NCBI GenBank assembly: GCA_014728075.1
Contig: WJMG01000078.1
Span: 2,668 to 66,667 of the forward strand
Origin: Candidatus Omnitrophota bacterium
GTDB lineage: Bacteria; Omnitrophota; Gorgyraeia; Tantalellales; Tantalellaceae
DNA length: 64,000 bases
Reading direction: 5' to 3'
Shown here: positions 36,273 to 45,152 of the stretch, in pieces
Layout: every line of letters starts with the position of its first letter
Numbering within the stretch: the stretch's first letter is position 1
Position numbers and translations under genes: made by a program
The notes under the pieces: generated by a model
Told to the model about the DNA's origin: nothing
Seen by the model: only the letters and a program-made list of their open reading frames with translations
Database searches by the model: none

Positions 36273-36965
36273 CTACTCCTCTTCTTTGAACCTGTAGCCG
36301 AAACCTCTGACCGTGTCGATCATGTTCCCGGCTTTACCGAGCTTTTCCCGGAGGCGTTTTATATGTGTGTCCACCGTTCTGGTAGTAACATCGGAGGCTA
36401 TCCCCCACACATCGTTGAGAAGCCTTTCCCGGGACTGAACCCTTCCGGCCCTTTCGATCAAAGTAACGAGAAGATCGAACTCCATCGGGGTAAGGTCTAT
36501 ATCTTTTTTGCCGGCCGTAACCCTGTGCCGGGGAATGTCTATGACTATGTCTCCCGCGATCAGCGTTTCCGCTTTTTTCTCGGGCGCGCCGCTGCCTCTT
36601 TTCAGAATGGCCTTTATCCTGAGCAAAAGCTCTCTGGTGCTGAAGGGTTTCACGACATAGTCATCGGCCCCCAGCTCGAAGCCGACGACCCTGTCGACCT
36701 CTTCCCCTTTGGCCGTAAGCATCAGAACGGGAATGGATGCCGTCTTCTGCTGCTGCTTTAAAGTCCGGCATACCTCAAGGCCGTCCATCCCGGGAAGCAT
36801 TATATCGAGAAGCACCAGGTCTATTTTTTCCTTTTTCATGATATCCAGCGCTTCCTCCCCGCTGGGCGCCACCCTGCAGGAGTATCCTTCTTTTTCAAGA
36901 TTATATCTCACGAGCTTTGAGATGTTCTTATCGTCTTCGACGACCAGTATCATCTTGGCGGGCAT
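36273..36965 (-). CDS. phoB: Phosphate regulon response regulator PhoB (OmpR family)
   Basis: REC domain plus winged-helix (TRELLLRI...VDTHIKRLREKL). Confidence 0.9.
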   Translation of the reverse strand: MPAKMILVVEDDKNISKLVRYNLEKEGYSCRVAPSGEEALDIMKKEKIDLVLLDIMLPGMDGLEVCRTLKQQQKTASIPVLMLTAKGEEVDRVVGFELGADDYVVKPFSTRELLLRIKAILKRGSGAPEKKAETLIAGDIVIDIPRHRVTAGKKDIDLTPMEFDLLVTLIERAGRVQSRERLLNDVWGIASDVTTRTVDTHIKRLREKLGKAGNMIDTVRGFGYRFKEEE

Positions 36966-36976
36966 AAGGCCTCCTT

Positions 36977-37321
36977 TTACACAGAGGGCTTGTTATAAAG
37001 CCCTATTTTAATAGTGGTATAAGGATCTTCCTGCCAGGGCCAGAACATGGCTAAAAGGGCCTTCCCTCCCGTTTCCTTAAAGAAAAGGGTCTGGTCGGCG
37101 CAGATCCCGTTATACGGCCTTGTCAGCTCCTGGTGTTCGTCTGTAGGGTCTACCCCTGCCGGTTTGACCGCCTCTCCGAAGATCTCGAGCATGATGTCCT
37201 GCCAGGCCGGCATGTCGCGGTTATAAACCGCTATGTCGATAAAATCCTCCCCCATCTGCCTTTTCTGGTAGATCTCAAGGTGCGCGAATTTCCTCATTAT
37301 GTCGGTTAAAGACATTTTCAT
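36977..37321 (-). CDS. Hypothetical protein (114 aa) 11 bp upstream of phoB
   Basis: ORF only. I recognise no motif. Confidence 0.45.
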   Translation of the reverse strand: MKMSLTDIMRKFAHLEIYQKRQMGEDFIDIAVYNRDMPAWQDIMLEIFGEAVKPAGVDPTDEHQELTRPYNGICADQTLFFKETGGKALLAMFWPWQEDPYTTIKIGLYNKPSV

Positions 37322-37393
37322 CCTTTCCTGTTTTTCTTTTAGAATATCACAACCAGCGGCTCAAGGGCAAGAAAGTTGTTTTGCCCGGAGCGT

Positions 37394-38068
37394 TCACTGG
37401 GATAGGTCAAGGGGCCTCCGGCATCCGCTTTTCGGGTCATCCAGGCCCGCGAAACTTATCGTCCTTTGTCCCGTACCGGTACCGCGGAAGGATGGAAGCC
37501 CGGATCCCCCGCAGAGCGTACAGATCCCGCTCTCCCTGAACCCTTCCTCTTTCAGGCCTTTTTTTAAAAGCTGTTCCCGGGCGAAACCGACCGGGTCAAA
37601 ATAAATTCCGCCCTCCCTGCGGGAAATATGCGGCGCAAGAACCGGCTTCTCTTCAAATTCACTGCCGACCTCGTAACAGCATTTTCTCATCCCCGGACCC
37701 GCGATGACCGTAAAAGAGGACAGGTCCAGGCGGATATGCCCGATGATCCCCTTTTCCGCCGACCGCCACCCCATGTGTACGGCGCCCGCTACTCCCGCCT
37801 CAAGGCTGTAAAAAAGAAGGGGCAGGCAATCCGCCGTCATTACGGCCGTGAAAAGGCCTTTTGCAACGGTAAAGATCCCGTCGGCCCGGTATCTCGCCGG
37901 TTTTTTCACCACAGATATCCGGGCACCATGGACCTGTTCCATGTAAGCGATGTCCCCGATCCGTTTTCTCACCTCTCCCAGACCCCCTATACGGGCAGAA
38001 GAGAATCCGGCAGTTACCCCGTCGGGGGTTTCGTAATAATATAAGGATTTTTCTTCTGTCAGCTTCAT
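37394..38068 (-). CDS. pgeF: YfiH/PgeF family (DUF152, purine-nucleoside phosphorylase / peptidoglycan editing factor)
   Basis: TADCLP, HMGWRS and CTLCGG motifs. Confidence 0.8.
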   Translation of the reverse strand: MKLTEEKSLYYYETPDGVTAGFSSARIGGLGEVRKRIGDIAYMEQVHGARISVVKKPARYRADGIFTVAKGLFTAVMTADCLPLLFYSLEAGVAGAVHMGWRSAEKGIIGHIRLDLSSFTVIAGPGMRKCCYEVGSEFEEKPVLAPHISRREGGIYFDPVGFAREQLLKKGLKEEGFRESGICTLCGGSGLPSFRGTGTGQRTISFAGLDDPKSGCRRPLDLSQ

Positions 38069-38208
38069 TCTATCGAGCTCTTGCGCAATGCCTGTACGGT
38101 CAGGCCCGTTGCCCTGCTTTTCTCAGCATGCCTCTTCGTTTAAACAAGAAGGGAGCCTCCCTTATCGGGACGCTCCCCCTTGTAATGACTTTCGCGGAAA
38201 GTCGCGGA

Positions 38209-38445
38209 TCAATCCATGTGCTGCAGAGCTTCCTGGATCAGAGGAAGAATGCCTTCGACTTCTTCTTTCGTCATCCTTCCCAGCTTGGCGAACCTCATTT
38301 CACCCTGGGCGTTCTGGTTTTCCCTGGATATCTGGAGCTTTTTCGCGCCTTCGTTGTATGACATAACGCTGACGGTCAGTCTTTCACCGTCGTTTTCCCA
38401 GGCTTTGGAGAACAAACTTACATCTAGTTCCTTGTCGTACGGCAT
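38209..38445 (-). CDS. Small PC4/YdbC-like putative ssDNA-binding protein (78 aa)
   Basis: The pattern LTVSVMSYNEGAKKLQISRENQNAQGEMRFAKLGRMTKEEVEGILPLI resembles the PC4 C-terminal domain (…KVLIDIREYW…GEMKPGRKGISL…). By recall only. Confidence 0.4.
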   Translation of the reverse strand: MPYDKELDVSLFSKAWENDGERLTVSVMSYNEGAKKLQISRENQNAQGEMRFAKLGRMTKEEVEGILPLIQEALQHMD

Positions 38446-38545
38446 TTCTACCCCCTGCTATTTTCCTTTTTCCGGTAATGTTTAAATGCGCCCGGAGCCT
38501 TTTCTCTCGGCTTTCCCGGCTTATTATAAGAATAATGTATTTATA

Positions 38546-39217
38546 TTAAAAGTCAAGCTTCCCTTCCCCGGGCAATTCTTTTTCCAAAGAAGCAATAACC
38601 TGCCCTATCTGCTTAAGGGTCGACTCCTTAAGCAGATCGTTGTGTTTCAGCTCTTTGCTGACGGACTTAAGAAGGCTGACCATCCTTTTAAGAGAAGCGA
38701 TCCTTTTTTGGGCCCGCACCTCTTCCGGGTCCGTTTCTTCTCTCTGTTTTATGATACGCGTGAGGTCTTTTTTCACATCACGGGCGTCTTTCCCGTCTTT
38801 CAGGACATACTGCCTTATGCTGGAATATTCCTCGGAATCCAGGTCCTTTTTGCTGGCCTGTCTCAGGACATCGACCGCTTCGTAAGTGGGCACTTTGGCG
38901 GCTTCGGCTTTTTCCGTATAATCCTTTTTAATATAGGCCGGCTCTTTCTGTTCCATGAAAGAATAGGACCTCAAAAGCTTATGGGCCGTCTCCTTTCGTA
39001 TTCCTATCTCTTTGGAGGCATACGCCTGGAATTCGTCATACCCCCATTGCTTGTACATCTTTTCTTTCCAGACCGTGAACAGCGCCCGGCCCAGGTCTAT
39101 CCAGGAGGTCTTGAAGGTCCTGGCGTGCTCCAGAACATCGCGCCTTAAGGTCCCCTCTTCGACGGTCTCCATGATGCCTTCAATGTTCTTTATGGCTTTC
39201 GTTTTTGCCTCGCCCAT
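38546..39217 (-). CDS. Hypothetical protein (223 aa), charged and helical, possible HTH (DUF3102-like?)
   Basis: RBS AAGGGGGGG. A good promoter lies upstream. Confidence 0.5.
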   Translation of the reverse strand: MGEAKTKAIKNIEGIMETVEEGTLRRDVLEHARTFKTSWIDLGRALFTVWKEKMYKQWGYDEFQAYASKEIGIRKETAHKLLRSYSFMEQKEPAYIKKDYTEKAEAAKVPTYEAVDVLRQASKKDLDSEEYSSIRQYVLKDGKDARDVKKDLTRIIKQREETDPEEVRAQKRIASLKRMVSLLKSVSKELKHNDLLKESTLKQIGQVIASLEKELPGEGKLDF

Positions 39218-39291
39218 AAGTCTTCGCCCCCCCTTACTTTCGGACTCTTGTAACCTTTCCGGGACAGGTTACGGTCCCGGAACAGAGGGCC

Positions 39292-39321
39292 ATTATAGGC
39301 CATCTTGTCTCAAAGCGTCAA
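39292..39321 (-). promoter_or_regulatory. Sigma70-like promoter (minus: -35 TTGACG 39316-39321, 18-nt spacer, -10 TATAAT 39292-39297), followed by inverted repeat CCGGGAC-aggttac-GGTCCCGG at 39260..39281
   Basis: Direct reading of the reverse complement: cacTTGACGctttgagacaagatggccTATAATgg. Confidence 0.55.
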
Positions 39322-39633
39322 GTGTAATGGGGTCAAACCCTCAACATTGGACATTATCGATGAAGAATGAAAAAGAGAAGAGAAGGGTGCGCCTGGCGCT
39401 GGGGGAGCGGGCCTTTTTAACGACACGCGTTAAGCGTAAAGCGTTAAGGCAGCTCTTATCTCGAAGATCAGGGGCTTCTCTTTAACGCCTCTTCTTGTGA
39501 TCGCTTCCCCCTTTTCCGCGGATATCGCAATGCCTTCTCTGCGCGCAGCCCCGATCCAAGGCCGATCCCTTATCTGATAGCTGCGATCTGATATCTGCCG
39601 TCCAGTATGGCGTTAACCTTTTGCCTTCAGCCG

Positions 39634-39798
39634 TTACAGCATGTCTTCGTCGGTCTGCTGGTCGATCGTTTCCGTCGCCTCTTCAACGGTATCGGTATCG
39701 CTGCCTCCTCCCGACCCGCCGCAGGACCCCGCCTGTGAAACAGGACAGAACGCCAGCGTCAAAGCCATTATAATCCCGAAAACCATAGAGATCCTCAT
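39634..39798 (-). CDS. Small secreted/lipoprotein-like acidic protein (54 aa; MRISMVFGIIMALTLAFCPVSQAGSCGGSGGGSDTDT...)
   Basis: Signal peptide with a lipobox-like motif (FCPVSQAGSC?). ORF only. Confidence 0.35.
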   Translation of the reverse strand: MRISMVFGIIMALTLAFCPVSQAGSCGGSGGGSDTDTVEEATETIDQQTDEDML

Positions 39799-39868
39799 GA
39801 TATCCCCCTTTTGTTTTATCGCCTCTCTAAATGATACCTTAAAAGTATCGTTATGGCAACTTTTTTCC

Positions 39869-40171
39869 TTACGCGTCCAGATGGTCGACATAGTCCTCAA
39901 AAGCCCGTTTAATGTCATACCATTCGTGCTTGCTCTTAATGGGAAGCTTTTTGTCCCTTCTCCAGTTCCCTTCTTTTTTATGCCACCTGTAGAAACACAT
40001 CTGTCTTTTCCCGTGGTCTTCCAGAAGCACCACCACCGACCACCATCCGAAACTGTCGTTCTTCTTTATGGTCCTGTACTTCAGGACCTTTATAGGCGGT
40101 TTTATTGGAAGGCGCTCCTCGTTCTTAACATCGGGGTTATCGTCGATGACAGGGCGTTCGTGTTCTTCCAT
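39869..40171 (-). CDS. Hypothetical protein (100 aa), Trp-rich, basic
   Basis: ORF only. Confidence 0.4.
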   Translation of the reverse strand: MEEHERPVIDDNPDVKNEERLPIKPPIKVLKYRTIKKNDSFGWWSVVVLLEDHGKRQMCFYRWHKKEGNWRRDKKLPIKSKHEWYDIKRAFEDYVDHLDA

Positions 40172-40364
40172 ATCTGTCTCCTTGGTCTTCAGTTCAACGC
40201 GCGGTGTTAAGCGCGCAAGCGCGCCGGGACAGGAATTCCGGCAGGCCAGAGCACAGGAGCACCCTCCTCCCGCCGAGCTTCCTCTATTCCCTATTCACGA
40301 GCGTATCGTTACGCCTTTGCTTCCGGCCCGCGCCCTCCGTTTGCCCCGTGACCCGAACCGGCTA

Positions 40365-41414
40365 TTATACGCTCAGCGCTATTTTCCCGTTCTTTTCGTA
40401 CTGTTCGGTGAACTTTATTATAAGCTCCATCATCCTTACGGATTCGACGGGATATTTCCCGGCAGCCGATTCCTCGGAAAGCATGACACAATCGGTCCCG
40501 TCAAGTATGGCGTTGGCCACATCCGTAACCTCTGCCCTGGTGGGCCGCGAATGTTCTGTCATGTGCTCGAGCATCTGTGTAGCGGTTATGACGAATTTTT
40601 TCTTTTCATTGCATTTTTTTATTATGGTTTTCTGTATCGCGGGCACTTTGTAAATGGGGACCGCTATTCCCATATCGCCCCTGGCTACCATTATCCCGTC
40701 GGAAGCGTCGATTATCCCGTCAATGTTCTTCAGCGCCTCTCTGCTTTCTATTTTAGCGACGACCAGGCTCCTGCCCCCGTTATTCTCAACTTCCCGGCGG
40801 ATCGTTTCCATGTCGCCCGCCGTCCGCACGAATGACTGTGCCACCATATCCACTTTGTGTTTAACCCCGAATTTAAGGTCCTTGATATCCTTGGGAGTTA
40901 TTCCCGAAAAGGGAATACTGACATCGGGCATGTTTATGCCTTTCCGCTGCCGTATCGCGGTGCCTTCAACGACTTCGGCCTTGACCCGTGTTCTGGTCGA
41001 GCCTTTTGTCTTTAATATTATGTTGCCGTCCTCTATATAGACGAGTTTTCCGGTGCCTATTTTTTTGAGGTCGCCCGTATAGTCAAAAGGTATGACCCGG
41101 GGATCTCCGTCATCGGGCTGGTTCGTAAGCCAGACCGTCATTCTTTTTTTGACAGGTTTCTGGGTCGCCTGTCCTTTGAACTTTCCTATCCTTATCCTGA
41201 ACCCCTCCAGGTCCTGGAGGATCCGTACCCGTCTTTTATATTTCCGGTTTATCTTTCTTACCGTCCCCATGAGTTCAAGATGGAAGGAATGCGTGCCGTG
41301 CGAAAAGTTCAGCCTCGCGATATCCATGCCGGCCAGGACCATTTTCCTCAAACTGCTGTAATCTGAAGACGCGGGCCCCAATGTAGCCACTATCTTTGTT
41401 CTCGCTCTTGCCAT
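40365..41414 (-). CDS. pyk: Pyruvate kinase, short form (~349 aa, lacks the C-terminal allosteric domain)
   Basis: [15 protein letters not shown] and MVARGDMG motifs. The start was set at [14 protein letters not shown]. Confidence 0.85.
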   Translation of the reverse strand: MARARTKIVATLGPASSDYSSLRKMVLAGMDIARLNFSHGTHSFHLELMGTVRKINRKYKRRVRILQDLEGFRIRIGKFKGQATQKPVKKRMTVWLTNQPDDGDPRVIPFDYTGDLKKIGTGKLVYIEDGNIILKTKGSTRTRVKAEVVEGTAIRQRKGINMPDVSIPFSGITPKDIKDLKFGVKHKVDMVAQSFVRTAGDMETIRREVENNGGRSLVVAKIESREALKNIDGIIDASDGIMVARGDMGIAVPIYKVPAIQKTIIKKCNEKKKFVITATQMLEHMTEHSRPTRAEVTDVANAILDGTDCVMLSEESAAGKYPVESVRMMELIIKFTEQYEKNGKIALSV

Positions 41415-41443
41415 GTTCTCTCCGTTATTTGCGTGTTCCCTGC

Positions 41444-42313
41444 TTACAGGCCTCTTGCCCATTCGGCCCTCAGGTCAGTATCTCCTTTTATCCCCGCCTC
41501 AAGCTCGCGGAGAAGCCGCTCTTTGTCTTTAGGCAGCCTTCCTTCAAGGGAAATGTAATTTGAGGCGTGGTCCGTCCGGAAAACGGTCCTTTTCATATCC
41601 AGACCGGCCAGGATATCCCTTGCCTGCTCCAGCAGCGCTACCGGGCCAAGCCTCTTGAATTCTCCCCGCGCGGCTTCCTCGAACAGAGGCGTGCCGGGCA
41701 CGAACATCAGGGACAGAAAAGAGAGGTACCGCGGCTGCATCCGGTTCAGCGCTTTTACGGTTTCCTGTACATGCTCTTCCGCCAGGCGCTCCCCCCCCAG
41801 ACCCAGCAGGACCATAACGGAGCTTTTTATACCGGCCTCCTCCGCTTTCCCGACCGCTTCTACCATTTCGTCCACACCCGACCTTTTACCGCAAGCGTTC
41901 AGTACTTTCTGTGAGCCGCTTTCCAGGCCTATGTAGATCAGGCTCAATTTGTTTTCCCGGAGTTCTTTGAGCTCCTCTCTGCTCCTAAGGGTTATGTTAA
42001 ACCCGTTGGCGTAACTTGCGACCCTTGTGAGAGCGGGGAACGCCTTATCGAGCTCCCGCAGGACCGGGATCAATCCGTTATTCCTTACCGCAAGCGCATC
42101 TCCGTCCAGAAGAAAGACCCTTCTGACCCCGGCGTCTTCCTCTTTCTGTTTCCTTATGTCCTCCAGGACCTCCTCCCGGGGCTTTATCCCGAAAGTTTTT
42201 CCCGTATATGCCCCGCAGAAAGAGCACTGGTTGGCGGAACATCCGAGAGTGACCTGGAGAAGGAAGCTTCCGGCTTCCGAAGGCGGCCTGATCACGGGGC
42301 CCGCTATAGTCAT
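41444..42313 (-). CDS. Radical SAM domain protein, unknown substrate
   Basis: CSANQCSFC (Cx3Cx2C). The start was moved to MTIAGPV. Confidence 0.7.
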   Translation of the reverse strand: MTIAGPVIRPPSEAGSFLLQVTLGCSANQCSFCGAYTGKTFGIKPREEVLEDIRKQKEEDAGVRRVFLLDGDALAVRNNGLIPVLRELDKAFPALTRVASYANGFNITLRSREELKELRENKLSLIYIGLESGSQKVLNACGKRSGVDEMVEAVGKAEEAGIKSSVMVLLGLGGERLAEEHVQETVKALNRMQPRYLSFLSLMFVPGTPLFEEAARGEFKRLGPVALLEQARDILAGLDMKRTVFRTDHASNYISLEGRLPKDKERLLRELEAGIKGDTDLRAEWARGL

Positions 42314-42326
42314 ATTCCTCGCCCTC

Positions 42327-42494
42327 CTATTTTCCGAGCTCCCGGACCACGGCCGCGCTGACAAAACTCACTACACCGGCGAAGATCAGTCCCTGCTGCC
42401 GGCCGGCCGCCACGCCGAATACCGGCAAAAGGATCAGGATCACCCCCAGCGCCGCCAGGACAACGCTCATTTTATAGGCTTTTTGTTTCTTCAT
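42327..42494 (-). CDS. Small membrane protein (55 aa, 2 TM helices)
   Basis: Internal Met of the 127-aa ORF. Hydrophobic. Confidence 0.3.
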   Translation of the reverse strand: MKKQKAYKMSVVLAALGVILILLPVFGVAAGRQQGLIFAGVVSFVSAAVVRELGK

Positions 42495-42501
42495 TGGTCC
42501 T

Positions 42502-44007
42502 TTATCTCCATGCGCTTCTTCTGTCCCCGGCCCTTTCGTACGCTTCTTCGTATCGCGCGGCCGAATCGTCCCAGGAGAAATGCTCCCGCATGCCGCTCCG
42601 GCGCATTCTGTCAAAATGCTCCGGGCGGTCGTAATAAGTGCTGACAGCCCATCCTGTCGTGTAATATACGGATGCCGGGCCCGCGTCGCGAAAAGTGAAC
42701 CCGGTGCCATCCCCTGTCCTTTCGTTGTATTTTTTTACGGTATCCTTAAGGCCGCCGATCTCCCGCACGATGGGCAAGGTCCCGTACTTTAGGCTGTAGA
42801 TCTGGTTCAGGCCGCACGGTTCGTAAAGCGACGGCATCAGAAAGAGGTCCGCACCCGCCTCTATAAGGTGGGCTCTTTCGTTGCTGTAGCCTATCCACGC
42901 ACCCACCCTTCCCGGATACCTGGCGGGAAGGCCCCCGAAAAAGTCCTCCATATATTTCTCGCCGCATCCCAGAAAGGCGAACTGCACCTCCATGTCCCTT
43001 AAAATGTCTTCCATGACCGGGATGACATGCTGAAACCCTTTCTGTTCAGCGAAACGGGAGACTACTCCTATGACCGGGACATCCTTCTTCTCCTGCAGAT
43101 GAAAAGCCCTCTGCAGCGCTTTTTTACACTCGGCTTTGCCCGAAAGGTCTTCGGCGGAATAAGCGGCCGGGATATGCGGGTCCTTTTCGGGGTCCCAGTG
43201 GTCGTAATCGACCCCGTTCAGTATGCCCGAAACATCATCCTTTCTTCTCTGGAGATACGGCGCCAGCCCGCTACCCCCTACGGGGGAAAGGATCTCTCCG
43301 GCATAGGACGGACTTACGGTGGTTATGCCGTCGGCGTAAAATATCGCGCCCTTCATCATATTGATCCCGCCGTAGTTCTCAAGCCGGTCCGGGTGAATAT
43401 CCTCTTTCCGGATCCCCAGCCGGTCCGGGTTAGAAAAGCGGAATATGCCCTGGTGCCCTATATTGTGGATGGAAAAGACCGTAGCGGTATCCCGCAGCAG
43501 CGGGTCTTCTCTGTAGCGGGTCTTTAGATAAACGGGGATCATGGCTGTCTGCCAGTCATTACAATGAAGTATGTCCGGGGAAAATCCGGTATCCCTGCAC
43601 AATTGCAAGCAGCTCTCGGAAAAAAAAGCGAACCGTTCCGCGTTATCGGGATATTCCCTTTTCCCGTCGTCATAAAGACCGGACCTTCCGAAATAGTGCT
43701 CGTGTTCTATAAGATAGACGCGCAGCCCGTCGACGACCGTTTCCCTGACCGCGCACCAGACCGTACGGCCCCCCAGCGGTACACCCATAGGCGAAACCGC
43801 CCAGGTCATCTCGTAAGGACCGGGATCCACTGCCCAGTATCTTGGTATGACCAGGCGCACATCGTGCCCCCGTCGGGCAAGGGCTTTCGGAAGCGCCCCC
43901 GCAACATCACCCAGTCCTCCGGTTTTTATGAAAGGTACCGCCTCGGACGCGGTAAAAAGTATCTTTTTTCGCTTCGGGACAGACATAGCAATATTATTAT
44001 AACTCAT
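42502..44007 (-). CDS. glgA: Glycogen synthase GlgA (GT5)
   Basis: KTGGLGDV motif. GT-B fold. E-x7-E region. Confidence 0.9.
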   Translation of the reverse strand: MSYNNIAMSVPKRKKILFTASEAVPFIKTGGLGDVAGALPKALARRGHDVRLVIPRYWAVDPGPYEMTWAVSPMGVPLGGRTVWCAVRETVVDGLRVYLIEHEHYFGRSGLYDDGKREYPDNAERFAFFSESCLQLCRDTGFSPDILHCNDWQTAMIPVYLKTRYREDPLLRDTATVFSIHNIGHQGIFRFSNPDRLGIRKEDIHPDRLENYGGINMMKGAIFYADGITTVSPSYAGEILSPVGGSGLAPYLQRRKDDVSGILNGVDYDHWDPEKDPHIPAAYSAEDLSGKAECKKALQRAFHLQEKKDVPVIGVVSRFAEQKGFQHVIPVMEDILRDMEVQFAFLGCGEKYMEDFFGGLPARYPGRVGAWIGYSNERAHLIEAGADLFLMPSLYEPCGLNQIYSLKYGTLPIVREIGGLKDTVKKYNERTGDGTGFTFRDAGPASVYYTTGWAVSTYYDRPEHFDRMRRSGMREHFSWDDSAARYEEAYERAGDRRSAWR

Positions 44008-44136
44008 CTGAGCGGAAAGTGGAGCGTATTTTCTAAAAACAGGCGTCTGCCTCCGATCAGACCGGATTAAAACTATTGACTGCTTTGTCTTAATGTGCTA
44101 TAAAATACTCTCCGTTTTTTAAGGGAAGAAATCAGA

Positions 44137-44213
44137 GGGGCGGTAGTTCAGTTGGCTAGAACGTCGGACTGTCGATCCGAAGGTCGCGGGTTCGAGCCCC
44201 GTCCGCCCCGCCA
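44137..44213 (+). tRNA. tRNA-Asp (anticodon GTC), 77 nt including CCA
   Basis: Cloverleaf folded by hand: acceptor GGGGCGG/CCGCCCC, anticodon loop CTGTCGA, T-arm GCGGGTTCGAGCCCCGT. Confidence 0.9.
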
Positions 44214-44642
44214 TCCTTCTTCGCTTTTCAAAGCGTATAAGAGTGGTAAAGCTTCGAAGGAATGCTGGAAGGAATAACCTCTGCGAAACTGAATCAGCAA
44301 AATATGCTTCGAACAGCGAAGCAGGGTCCGCCCCGCCATTTGAAAAAGGCTTCTTGTGCATTAGTACAAGGGGCCTTTTTTACATACCGATGCTGTCAAG
44401 GGGCTCGAAGGGAGCAGCTGAGCCTTTTATATAATGAAGTATCCGAGCTGGCGAGGATACGAACACAACCGAAGATGCGGGTGGCCGACCGGAGGGCGAA
44501 AATGTTTTCTGGCACGAACGATAGTGAGGGACAGTAATATCTGAGAAGCCCGCAGGCGCCGAGCCCCGTCCGCCCCGCCATTCTTCTTCGCTTTTCAAAT
44601 CGTATAAGAGTGGTAAAGCTTCGAAGGAATGGTGGAAGGAAT
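44194..44642 (+). repeat. The tRNA-Asp 3' end is repeated. An 82-nt direct repeat occurs at 44194..44275 and 44561..44642 (~96% identical). A third partial copy of the last 15-19 nt is at 44333..44351.
   Basis: Direct reading: gagccccgtccgccccgccat(c/t)cttcttcgcttttcaaa(g/t)cgtataagagtggtaaagcttcgaaggaatg(c/g)tggaaggaat. Confidence 0.75.
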
Positions 44643-44980
44643 TATCAGTAGAAAGCTCTCAGGGTTTTATCGCTCTGGGAGCTTTTTATTATGAAGATCA
44701 GAAAATAAAGGATGGAAAGTGGTGGCCCTTTTGTCTGAAGTCGACAGCAGAGAAAAGGACGGGGATCAAAGCGGTCGTCTGAGCTTTTACCTGTTTGAGT
44801 AGTGAACGCGGGCAGGACAAGCGCGGAGAGTTTCTGCCGTTTTCGCGCTTGCCCTGGCGCGCCCAAGCTTCTGACGGAGGTTTTTTGACAAAACCTTCTT
44901 GTATGCGGTTCTTCGTTTTGGTCAAAAAACCGATGGAAGAAGTGCAGATATCCTTTAAAAGAATATCTGGCCGTAAAAAA

Positions 44981-45010
44981 AGACCATCTCTTTATAGAGT
45001 GGTCTTTTTT
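44981..45010. terminator. Bidirectional hairpin AGACCAtctctttatagagTGGTCT flanked by A7 and T6, downstream of tRNA-Val
   Basis: Direct reading. Confidence 0.55.
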
Positions 45011-45011
45011 A

Positions 45012-45089
45012 TGGTGGGCGCGGTAGGATTCGAACCTACGACATCTACCTTGTAAGGGTAGCGCTCTAAACCAGCTGAGCTACGCGCCC
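45012..45089 (-). tRNA. tRNA-Val (anticodon TAC)
   Basis: The reverse complement folds as acceptor GGGCGCG, anticodon loop CTTACAA, T-arm GTAGGTTCGAATCCTAC, CCA end. Confidence 0.9.
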
Positions 45090-45152
45090 GGAACTTTTAT
45101 GGTGTCGTATTATATATTAGAGCCCGGGAGTTGTCAATCATTCCCGGCCGGT

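Noticed and set aside
44194-44642. Possible CRISPR array suggested by the repeated units
   Set aside because: There are only 2-3 copies with irregular spacing (139 and 228 bp). The units are 82 nt and derive from the tRNA 3' end. There are no cas genes.
44119-44925. Several 60-90-aa ORFs between the tRNA genes
   Set aside because: They overlap the tRNA-Asp gene and its repeated 3' ends. The region is better explained as att-repeat scar and noncoding DNA.
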